Part shown: piece after piece, positions 10,601 through 22,600 of the stretch
Layout: each line of letters begins with the position of its first letter
How positions within the stretch are numbered: the stretch's first letter is position 1
Assembly (NCBI RefSeq): GCF_006345805.1
Contig: NC_043007.1
Location: 25,296,001-25,360,000 of the forward strand
DNA length: 64,000 nt
Direction of reading: 5' to 3'
From: Octopus sinensis
Taxonomy: Eukaryota
Notes under the pieces: model-generated
The model's database searches: none
What the model was told of the DNA's origin: nothing
Seen by the model: the letters and a program-made list of their open reading frames with translations, nothing else
Made by a program: the position numbers and the translations under genes

Positions 10601-13600
10601 TGCTTTTTACGTACCACCAGACCAGGGATCCTGGCTGGTTCAATTCGATTTCGAATATATATATACACCAATTTAAGGTGGCAGAATCATTAGTACACCA
10701 GGCTAATGGTTAGTAGTAATTCATCTGCCATAACATTCTGAGTTCCATCATGGTCGACTTTCTCTTTCATCCCTTTGGGATCAATAAACTAAGTAGCACT
10801 TGAACACAGGGGTTGATGTAATTGACTTAGCCCCCACCTCCCAACTTGCTGCTTCGTACGAAAAGTAAATGAAAATAATAAAAGGGTTCAACTTACTTCA
10901 TGACATTCAAAATTTCTTTGGCACTTTCAGGATCCCTGGATGGAGAGAAATAAAAGAAGAGACATCAAGAAAAGCATAGGCTCTGAACATGCAAACCATT
11001 GCAACATCAAAAGCATTCCAACTCTATCTAGCTCAGATTTTACTCAGGCATAATCACATTTTTTATTAAAGCACATGTGTGTGATTTGAGAGAGATTTGG
11101 CTGCTCTTTCTAGCAGGTCTAGTATCCAGGTAGAGTTTCCCCATGTAGCATCAGCACGAGAGAGAGAGTATCCTACTGACAGGCATTCAACTTATTTCTT
11201 TATTGCCCACAAGGGGTTAAACACAGAGGGGACAAAGAAGGACAGACAAATGGATTAAAGTCGATTATATCGACCCCAGTGCGTAACTGGTACTTAATTT
11301 ATCGACCCTGAAAGGATGAAAGGCAAAGTCGACCTCAGTGGAATTTGAACTCAGAATGTAGGGGCAGACGAAATACCTATTTCTTTACTACCCACAAGGG
11401 GCTAAACATAGAGGGGACAAAGAACAGACCAAGGGATTAAAGTCGATTACATCGACCCCAGTGCGTAACTGGTACTTAATTTATCGACTCCGAAAGGATG
11501 AAAGGCAAAGTCAACCTCGGCGGAATTTGAACTGAGAACGTAACAGTAGATGAAATACGGCTACGCATTTCGCCCGGCGTGCTAACGTTTCTGCCAGCTT
11601 GCTGCCTTACTGACAGACATTCAACTGTCATCATCATCACAACCATCACTTAACATCCATTTTTCATGTTGGTGGAGAGCTACACTGCATTCCTTTTGTC
11701 TGTCTTGGCATGGTCGCTATGGCTAGACAGCCTTCTTAACACCAACACACACACACCAACAATATTTAACCCTTTTGATACCAACTCTGCTGAAACCGCC
11801 TCAGGCTCTCTAGTACAAATGTCATATTTTCAAAAGTTCTGAATTAAAATCTTCCACCAAACCTTACTCACAATTTATGTTCCTAACACTAGCTTAATGA
11901 TAACGAAGTTATTTTACTAAATTTTTTTGTTATATTTAAAATTAATTAAAAGAAACAGAGCATCTCAACAGAAATATGGTAACAAAAGAGTTAAATATCT
12001 GTTTCTTCATCTTTGCAAAATTTATTGAAGTAGATGTTCTGCAACCAGATAGTTTCCCTGTTGCTAATTCTTACATAACAAGCAATAGATATGCAATTCA
12101 AATCATGTTAAAGACCCTATTAGACTTTACTGCCTCGAATTTGTGTTTATAATGTCTAATGCAATAGATGTATGACAATATATCGTTTCAGCCTTTGTTA
12201 CCCCCTTATGGATCAATATTGGACTTTGAAGAGTGAATTTGAAACCCTGGCACCATTTACTAGTGAGTTCAATAAGTGTCAGGAAAGATCCCTGCAGCAT
12301 TTGGTCTTCAAAGCCCTTGTATCCATGGCAACAGTGTTTGGACAATGAGAAGTTTTTTCCGACTGCAGAAAGGTACTATCGTGGGATGCATTGGCACCTT
12401 TCAAAATGTGATGTAACTGTAACTTATTAAAATAAAAATAACAACAGCTCTCTTGTGAAAAGATGGTCCCTGCTTGCAATGCAACATCTCATTGAAGTAG
12501 AGAAGCCTAGTTAAAGTGGTAATGCCCTGTTAAACTGTTCCCTCATACAAAAGCAGAGTGACAACTTACCCAGCGCGGAAATGTCCAGTGATCAAAGAAT
12601 TAAATACTTGTTCTCCAATTGGCAAATCAGAACTCTTCATGTGTTCAAGGATTTTACTGTCAATGTGTGAAAGAAAAGGAAATAATTAAGGAAATAAACC
12701 AATTCACTGTGGACAAATACAACAGGGGGAGGGGAAGAAAAATACTAAAATAAATAAAAATATATTCTTCACTGTCTTAGTGGAAGCTTTTTGTTTTTCA
12801 TTCACTTTGACCAACAAGACATAAAAATAATATTTCCAATCTGGCCTGCCTTTAACAAACTTTGCAGACCCTTACTTGTACTTGTGACGGTGTTCAATCA
12901 GGGCGGGTTGAGCCAGCTTCTTCTCTGGTCCTGACGGCATCACGAACCATGGCGGCCCACGCTCGATGGTCCTGTGTGAGGTCACTGGAGATAGTGAGCC
13001 ATTCGCGGTTCCATCTGCGCAGACCAACCACCTGCGGACCTGAGAGATCGGAGAGGTCCTCCTTTATCGTCGTTGCCCAGGTCTTCAGCTGCCCGCCCGT
13101 GCGTTTGCACCAGTTGGGAAGAGGAGGTGGGAGGAGGACATCATGAATCAGCTCACCCTCTAGATACTGAGCCTCATGACCGAACTACCTTAAGTGCCGT
13201 TGTAGAAGCACCAAAGGGAGGGGCCGGAGATTCAGGTGATGACAAAGACTGGCTGTAGGAACCCAATCAATGCATCGGCAGTGAAGAATGCGGCAAGACA
13301 GTCATCGTTTTAACAATATTTTTCATACAATTCCTATTATTTAATTATACAGTAGAATGCTAATTTCTTTTTTCATACACACTGAATGGCCATGGAGGTC
13401 CTGAAGAATAAAATAGGAATCAAAGGGGTCCATAAGTAAAAAAAACGGTTGAGAACCACTGCAAAAAAAGAGACAGACAGACAGACAGATAGAAAGAAAA
13501 TCTTACCTGGCACCTTCTATGTCTCCCATTTCACAATATTGTGAAATTAGGTTTTGGTAAGTTACCTTGAACAGAGCAAAAACAGAAGGTCAGTTAGGTA

Positions 13601-16600
13601 GCAATACAGATATCATTCTACTTGTCACCTTAACTACAGAATGAAATCAAAAGCAAAGCTTGGGCTACAGAGCTCCTGTATCCATGGTACAACGATGTCT
13701 ATTTCTTTACTGCCCACAAGGGGCTAAACACAGAGAGGACAAACAAGGACAGACAAATGGGTTAAGTCGATTATATCGACCCTAGTGCATAACTGGTACT
13801 TATTTAATCGACCCCGAAAGGATGAAAGGCAAAGTCGATCTCGGCGGAATTTGAACTCAGAACGTAACAGCAGACAAAATACCTATTTCTTTACTACCCA
13901 CAAAAGGCTAAACACAGAGGGGACAAACAAGGACAGACAAACGGATTAAGTCGATTATATCGACCCCAGTGCATAACTGGTACTTATTTAATCGACCCCG
14001 AAAGGATGAAAGGCAAAGTCGACCTCGGCGGAATTTGAACTCAGAATGTAGCGGCAGACGAAATACCTATTTCTTTACTACCCACAAGGGGCTAAACACA
14101 GAGAGGACAAACAAGGACAGACAAACGGATTAAGTTGATTATATCGACCCCAGTGCATAACTGGTACTTATTTAATTGACCCCGAAAGGACGAAAGGCAA
14201 AGTTGACCTCGGCGGAATTTGAACTCAGAACGTAGCGGCAGACGAAATACCTATTTCTTTACTACCCACAAGGGGCTAAACACAGAGAGGACAAACAAGG
14301 ACAGACAAACGGATTAAGTCGATTATATCGACCCCAGTGCATAACTGGTACTTATTTAATCGACCCTGAAAGGATGAAAGCCAAAGTCGACCTCGGCGGA
14401 ATTTGAACTCAGAATGTAGTGGCAGACGAAATACTGCTAAGCATTTTGCCCGGCATGCTAATGTTTCTGCCAGCTTGCCTTTATGGTACAACTATGTTGA
14501 GATAATAGGAGGATTGTCTTATAATAATAACAGTATAACATCATTGTTTTAACATTCACTTTTCCAAGTTCACAAGGGTTCAATGGAATCTGCTGGGGCA
14601 GATTTTCTATGACTGGATGCCCTTCCTGTCACCAACCCTCACCTTCGGGGTTGGCGAAAGCGATGAGGTGGACAACGAAAAACCTGGCTAATGACAGTCA
14701 AGGTTGATCTGGAACCCAACTTAGGACCCCATATCTACGGCGTTCGACACTGGAATATGGATTGGTTGGAGATCATGCTGTCGTTAGCCTTAAATCGCCA
14801 GGTCTGGTCGGCGTTAGTGAGAGATGCAGCATTGAGGATGAATGAAGCCAGCTCAACCCACCCCAGATGAATGCTGTCTCAAGACAAGACAACCCTCACC
14901 TGCCGGCAAGGAAGCTAACATTTCCCCCATGTGAAATAAGGGTCGAACTCTTTATCTTCAACATAATGTTCTGTCCCCTAAAATGCAATCTTATATCAAA
15001 ATCCTGATTATCATTAATCTTTTCTGAATGAAGCCAACTGGTTTGTCATGTTTCCACAGATGTTTGGATACGAAGGACACTGCTTGTACAACAGTGACAC
15101 TTGTTTACAACCAACATGGGATTATTTTCATTAGACATATATGTGTCCTCATCTTGTTTGTTGTTACCACAATGTTTCAGCTGATTTACTCTCCAGCCTT
15201 CATCAGGTGTCATCATCATCATCGTTTAACGTCCATTTTCCATGCTGGCATGGGTTGGACGGTTCAACTGGGGTCTGCACCAGGCTCCCGTCTGATCTGG
15301 CAGTGCTTCCACAGCTTGATGCCCTTCCTAATGCCAACCACTCCATGAGTGTAGTGGGTGCTATTTACGTTCCACTGGCACAGGGGCCAGAGGAGGCTGG
15401 TAAAGGCCATGTTTGGATGGTGCTTTTTACATAGAATTTTGAACTCAATCCTGGGTTCTCATTCCTAAGGTATTTTTTGCTGATGTTATTATTATTTATT
15501 CAAGGCACTGCCAGGAATTGAACTCAGAATCTTGGGATTAGTAGCCTGCGCTCTTAACTATTATGCTATATGCCTGTGAGCGTAATGGTTAAGAGCACGA
15601 GCTACTAACCCCAAGATTCCGAGTACAATTCCAGGCAGTGCCTTGAATAAATAATAATAATAATAATAATAAGTGGGGGAGCATCACAGCCATGTGTTGA
15701 GAGGGATTCTTTGGGGTTTGAATAATTCACCTCTGGAAACATGGGTGTTTTGTTCAACATCCTTAAACAACCCTTATTCAGGGACCTTTTGAGCGGGATG
15801 AGTTACTAGACCAGAAGAAAATTCTAACTGGACCCCACCTGCAAGATCATGCGCTGTTTATCTTGATATGAGATCACCATGTCGCATACATATGGTTGTG
15901 ATGCATGTGCCTGGTGTACCCTTATCAGACGGGTAGTCTGATGGGTATACTGGGCTTCGTATATTTTACCCCATTGTCACTTTGATGGCATGCACTGCTC
16001 TCTCACTTAATAATAATAATAATAATAATAATAATATCAGCAAAAAATACCTTAGGAATGAGAACCTGGTGTTGGGTTCAAAATTCTACCAGGATATCTG
16101 ATGAAGGCTGGAGAGTAAATCAACTGAAATGTTGTGATAACAACAAACAAGATGAGGACACATATCTGTCTAATGTAAATAATGTACAGAATTCCTCATC
16201 TTTAAAATATAGAACAATATTAACATGGGATGTCAAGACAAAGAGACACCAACATATGCACACACACACACACACACACACATGATGGGCTTATCCAGTC
16301 ACAAAGCTTTGGTTGGCCCAGGGCTATAGAAGAACGCTTGCCCAAAGTGCCATAAAGTGGACTGAACCCAGAACCAAGTGGTTGGTAAGCAGGCTTCTTA
16401 ACCACACAACAACGCGTGTCATTGCATATTTGTAAAAAAAGAGGGACACAACAATTGGTCCCTCAGTGAAATAAGGGTTGAAATCTTGTCTTTAACAAAA
16501 TGTTCTATCCCCTAAAATGTGATCTTATATCAAAATCTTCATTATTTATTTTACTATTTTATTACTTGTTTCAGTCATTTGACTGCGGCCATGCTGGAGC

Positions 16601-19600
16601 ACCGCCTTTAGTCGAGCAAATTGATCCCAGGACTTATTCTTTGTAAGCCTAGCACATATTCTATCAATATCTTTTGCCGAACCACTAAGTAACGGGGACA
16701 TAAACACACCAGCATCTGTTGTCAAGCGATGTTGGGGGGACAAACACAGACATACAAATACACACACATATATATACATATACGACAGGCTTCTTTCAGT
16801 TTCCGTCTACCAAATCCATTCACAAGGCTTTGGTCGCCCCAAGGTGCCACGCAGTGGGACTGAACCCGGAACCATGTGGTTGGTAAGCAAGCTACTTACC
16901 ACACAGCCACTCCAACGCCTATCATTAACCTTCTGTGAATGAAATTTACCGATGGCTTTTACAGTGAAGAAGATGGGACCAGTTTTATGAGATACAAAAT
17001 GATGTTATTACTGTGAGATATATAAAAATGTTATCTACAACTCTGTGAAAAAAAATAACTGAATTTCAATAGACAAAGAAAAATGTAATTGTGAAGCTAA
17101 GCTCTTCTTCACTGTAAAAGCCATCGGTAAATTTCATTCACAGAAGGTTAACGATAGGCATAGGAGTGGCTGTGTGGTAAGTAGCTTGCTTACCAACCAC
17201 ATGGTTCCGGGTTCAGTCCCACTGTGTGGCACCTTGGGCAAGTGTCTTCTACTATAGCCTCGAGCTGACCAAAGCCTTGTAAGTGGATTTGGTAGACGGA
17301 AACTGAAAGAAGCCTGTCGTATATGTATATATATATTTCTTTACTACCCACAAGGGGCTAAACACAGAGGGGACAAACAAGGACAGACAAAGGGATTAAG
17401 TCGATTACATCGACCCAGTGCGAAACTGGTACTTTATTTATCGACCATCAGGAATCATTAGTTTTTGTTTTGGGGGTTTATTTTTTCAGAAATAGTAAGA
17501 AAAAGAGAAAGAAACTTACTCGGTTTGGTTCAATTTGATTTTTTTCCATAACTGCCAAAAACTCGCTTGGTTCAAAAGAATGATTGTTCTGGAGATGGTT
17601 CCTCAATAAAGCATTATAATGAGTGACGTCAAACTGAAGACCTGTAAATTGAGAAATATAAACCTGTATGTAAAGTATTCCACAACTTTTCTTGTTGATA
17701 TTGTTGCTGTTCCTAGTCTATACTCCACGTTTCTTATTTCTTTATTGACCACAAAGGGGCTAAACACAGAGGGGACATACAAGGACAGACAAATGGATTA
17801 AGTTGATTACATCGATCGCAGTGCATAACTGGTACTTAATTTATCAACCCTGAAAGGATGAAAGGTAAAGTTGACCTTGGCAGAATTTGAACTCAGAATG
17901 TAACGGCAGATGAAATACCTATTTCCTTACTACCTACAAGGGGCTAAACACAGAGTGGACAAACAAGGACAGACAAATGGATTAAGTTGATTACATCGAT
18001 CCCAGTGCATAACTGGTACTTATTTAATCGACCCCGAAAGGATGAAAGGCAAAGTCGACCTGATATCATAATGATAATGATATTAGTAATGGTGGAGGCA
18101 GTAAAGAAAATAATGAAGGTGATAATACTGTTTCAAATTTTAGCACAAGGCCAGCAATTTCAAGGAATGGAGTAAGTCAATTACATTGATCCCAGTGCTC
18201 AACTGGTACTTGTTTTATCCATTCCGTAAAGATGAAAGGCAAAGTCGACCCCAGCAGCATCTGAACTCAAATGTAAAGATGGATGAAATGCCGCTAAGCA
18301 TTTAGCCCAGTGTGTTAAAGATTCTGCCAGTTCATTGCCCTAATCAAGACGGTAATATTGATGTCAGTGATGATGATGGTGATGGTAACAATGGTGACAT
18401 TAAGGCGGCGAGCTGGCAGAGGTGGCATATAAGGTGGTGAACTGGCAGAAACGTTAGCACGCCAGGCGAAATGCGTAGCCATACTTCATCTGCTGTTACG
18501 TTCTGGGTTCAAATTCCGCCGAGGTCGCCTTTCATCCTTTTGGGGTCGATAAATTAAGTACCAGTTACGCACTGGGGTCGATGTAATCAACTTAATCTGT
18601 TTGTCTGTCCTTGTTTGTCCCCTCGGTGTTTAGCCCCTTGTGGGTAGTAAAGAAATAGGTAACAATTAATGGTGACAATGATAATGAAAAATGTAGTGCG
18701 ACACGATGAGAAGAACTGAAATATAAAATGAAGTGAAATGAATTTACCATATTCTTGGAACTTATCCCAAGTTTTCAGGGTAGTCTCTGACCGAAATTTT
18801 GGATGTTCATCGAACAAACTGGAACCGAGGGATCGCAGCAGTAACAGGGCTTGAGCTGATGTTACAGTTCCTGTTTTAGACAACAAAATACAATTAAACA
18901 TTTTTGAGTAATTAACACATACACATTCATGCAACAATATGATTAATTTCTCACTTACACGAAAACCTACAAATTTTAGGAAATGGAATGACATGGAATG
19001 GTCAATCGCATCCATCCCTACCCCAGCAGATGTCTGGTTCTTTAGCGTTTCAACTGTGTGAGAATGTGTGTGTGTATGTAAAAGGGAGGTATGTGAATGT
19101 TTGTTTGTGTGTGTGTGTGTGCAATGGAAGTGGGATGGTGAACATTCAACACTGAAAAGAAAAATCAAACAGTGTTTCAACTCTGTGTGAGTATATGTGT
19201 GTGCGTGTACAAGGGAAGTATGTGAATGTTAGTATGGATCAACGTCACATCTCAAAATACAACCACTAGATTACATTCAGAAGTGTATTAATTTGAATCA
19301 CCATCCATATTCTATCTTCTGTCCATATTTATATATAAAATACTACAATTAGCTGTCATTTTTGACAGCACCAGGCCAGCTAGTAATAATAATAATAATA
19401 ATAATAATAATCCTTCCTACTATAGGCACAGGGCCTGAATTTTGGGGGGAGGGTGTAAGTCAATTACAGCAACTCCAGTGTGCAACTGGTACTTATTGAC
19501 TCCAAAGGAATGAAAGGCAAAGTTGACCCCAGCGGAATTTGAATTAAACAACATACAGATGGATGAAATGCCACTGAGCATTCTGCTCATGCTAATGATT

Positions 19601-22600
19601 CTGCCTTGGTAATAATAATAATAATAATATTTTATCATTCACAGGAATGGCTGTGTGGTGAAGATGCTAGCTTTGCGACCGTGTGATTTCAGGTTCAGTC
19701 CCACTATGTGGTACCTTGGGCAAGTGCTTGGGCTGACCAATGCCATATGAGTGAATTTGGTACATGGAAACTGTATGGAAGATTGTCGTGTGCACGAGTG
19801 TGTGGGTGTGTCTTTGCGTTTGACCACAGCACTGCTTGACAACTGGTGTTGGTTTGTTTACATCCCTGAAATTTAGTGGTTCAGCAAAAGTGGTTAATAG
19901 AATAAAAACCAGACTTTAAAAAATAAGTACTGGCATCAATTTGGACCCTTCAAGGTGGTGTCCCAGCATGGTTGCAGACCAAAGGCTAAAAGAAGTAAAA
20001 GATAAAATGTAAAGGAGAATGAAAAGCAAAGTTTCTTTCTGACTGTGAAAAGCCCAAATCATTTCCCAGTTTGCTTATTATTGGGTTCCCTTTACTGGTT
20101 GGATTTTCAGGAAAAGACCGGATGCCCCTGGGAGCTCCTCTATGCTGACGACCTTGCTCTAATTGCTGAGTCACTATCAGAACTAGATGAGAAGTTTCAG
20201 GTGTGGAAACAAGGATTAGAATCAACGTGGGACCATAACCTTGTATCCTAAGCCAGGGGTGTAACCAGCCCACTTATGCATACCTTCCCTTCATTGGACA
20301 CTGCTTGCGAAGACTTGTTGAGGCAAGTGAAATTGGAATTGAAAGCAAATTCGATGACTGGCATCCGTGCTAATGGAGCACTAAGAGCACCATCTGAGCG
20401 TGATTGTTGCCAGAGCAGCTAACTGGCGTTCGTGCCGGTGGCACATAAAAAGCATCATTCGAGTGTGATTGTTAGCAGCATTGCCTTACTGGCACTTGTG
20501 CCGGTGTGCAGCTGACACGTAAAAAAAAAAAAAACACGATTTTCTACGACTGTTGCCAGTACCGCCTGACTGGCCCTCATGCTGGTGGCACGTAAAAAGC
20601 ACCCACTACACTCTTGGAATGGTTGGCGATAGGAAGGGCATCGAGCTGTAGAAACTCTGCCAGATCAAGATTGGAGTCCGGTGCAGCCATCTGGTTTGCC
20701 AGTCCTCAGTCAAATCGTCCAACCCATGCTAGCATGGAAAGGGGACGTTAAACGATGATGATGATGATGATGATGATGAATACCCAAGATTGCATAACAG
20801 ATTTGAGATAATACTGAAATATGGTTCTCTTCCTTGGCAAAAGCCAAACACTGAAATAGCATTAGTGAAAGAGCAAAATGTTTTGGCATGTACCTGCTTT
20901 GTTGATTTCATCCATGAAGTCCCGGACTTGATTGTAAGACACTCGACCAAATCTATAAAGATTAGTCTCAACGCTGACCATAAGTCGTTCAGTATTATTC
21001 CTGCGAGTGGGAACAAAGTCATTATTCATGACAAGGGGAGCAGCTTCAGCCTGGGTGCTCGCACACCTATAAGTAAAACAAATATGATTAATGACAATAT
21101 ATAAAACTGGAATATGTATATGCAAGTGTGGAGATATATATGTGTGCATGTGTATGTGTGTATACATGGAATGGAATGGAAGCACTCCGTCGGTTACGAC
21201 GACGAGGGTTCCGGTTGATCCGAATCAACGGAACAGCCTGCTCGTGAAATTAACATGTAAGTGGCTGAGCACTCCACAGACATGTGCACCCTTGACGTAG
21301 TTCTCGGAGATATTCAGCGTGACACAGAGAGTGACAAGGCCGGCCCCTTGAAATACAGGTACAACAGAAACAGGAAGTAAGAGTGAGAGAAAGTTGTGGG
21401 GAAAGAGTACAGCAGGGATCACCACCATCCCCTGCCGGAGCCTCGTGGAACTTTTTAGGTGTTTTCGCTCAATAAACACTCACAACGCTCGGTCTAGGAA
21501 TCGAAACCGCGATCCTATGACCGCGAGTCCGCTGCCCTAACCACTGGGCCATTGCGCCTCCACTGTGTATACATGCACGCATATACACACACCTATAACA
21601 AATATGATTAATATGTGACGACATGCAAATTCATGAAGCGTTCCATATTTTTTAGACACAGGCATGGCTGCGTGCTAAGAAGCTTGCTTCCCAACCCCAT
21701 GGTTCCAGGTTCAGTCCCACTGCATGGCATCTTGGGCAAGTGTCTTCTACTATAGCCTCAAGCCAACTAAAGCCTTGTGAGATTTGGTACATGGAAACTG
21801 AAAGAAGCCCATCACACATACATACATATATATGTATGTATGTGTGTGTGTATGTCTGTATCAGTGTTTGTCCTCCCCATCACTGGTGTTGGTATGTTTA
21901 TGTTCCTGTGACTTAGTGGTACAGCAAAGAGACTGATAGAGTAAGTAATAGGTTTAAAAGAATAAGTCCTAGGAGTGATTTGTTCAACTAAAATACTCTT
22001 CAAGGTGGTACTCCAGCATGGCCATAGTCAAATGACTGAAATGAATAAAAGACTATAAAAAAAGGAATACGTGTGTGTGTGTGCGCGCATAGTCCAAAAC
22101 TTTTAAAAGAAAAAAACACTAAATAAAAGAACAACAAACAGCAAAAATGGAAGAAGTCTTTGATGTTTCAAGTCTATACTCTTCCACAGAAAGGTTAGAA
22201 GATTATTGGAGAAAGTAGACTGTGTATGGCAGAAGCACAGGAACAACTTAGTGGTGATGGACAGGGACAGCGCTCCTGTGCCCTTGTTTGAACAGATTTT
22301 GTCTTTAGTTCTGATGAGTGCCCTCACGCCCTCCTCCAAGATCCAAGAATCTGAACCAAGAGGAGAGCCGGTTTAGTTTCCAACGACTTGAGAGGAGCGG
22401 GAGTATATGGTTACAGGTTATTTCCAGGAAGAGACCTCAGCACCAATGGAAGGTCAAGCGGAGGAAGCTAGATCTCCGAACTCAACAATTGACCCTAGTG
22501 GAAGAGGGCAATGCCAGATGGACTGGCTAGAAAGGTGCAACTCTAATGACATTGGAACAAACGGAATTCCGTTGCAACCCATCTTCCAGGCTTCGCATGT

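Noticed and set aside
18587-19180. 197-aa ORF as a standalone gene
   Set aside because: Only 18870-18748 is coding (LRPPRC exon 3); the rest is intron and SINE read-through.
21490-21561. tRNA genes (also SINE heads at ~3625-3692 and 56400-56462)
   Set aside because: A and B boxes are present but there is no complete acceptor stem, and they continue into SINE bodies; they are tRNA-derived heads.
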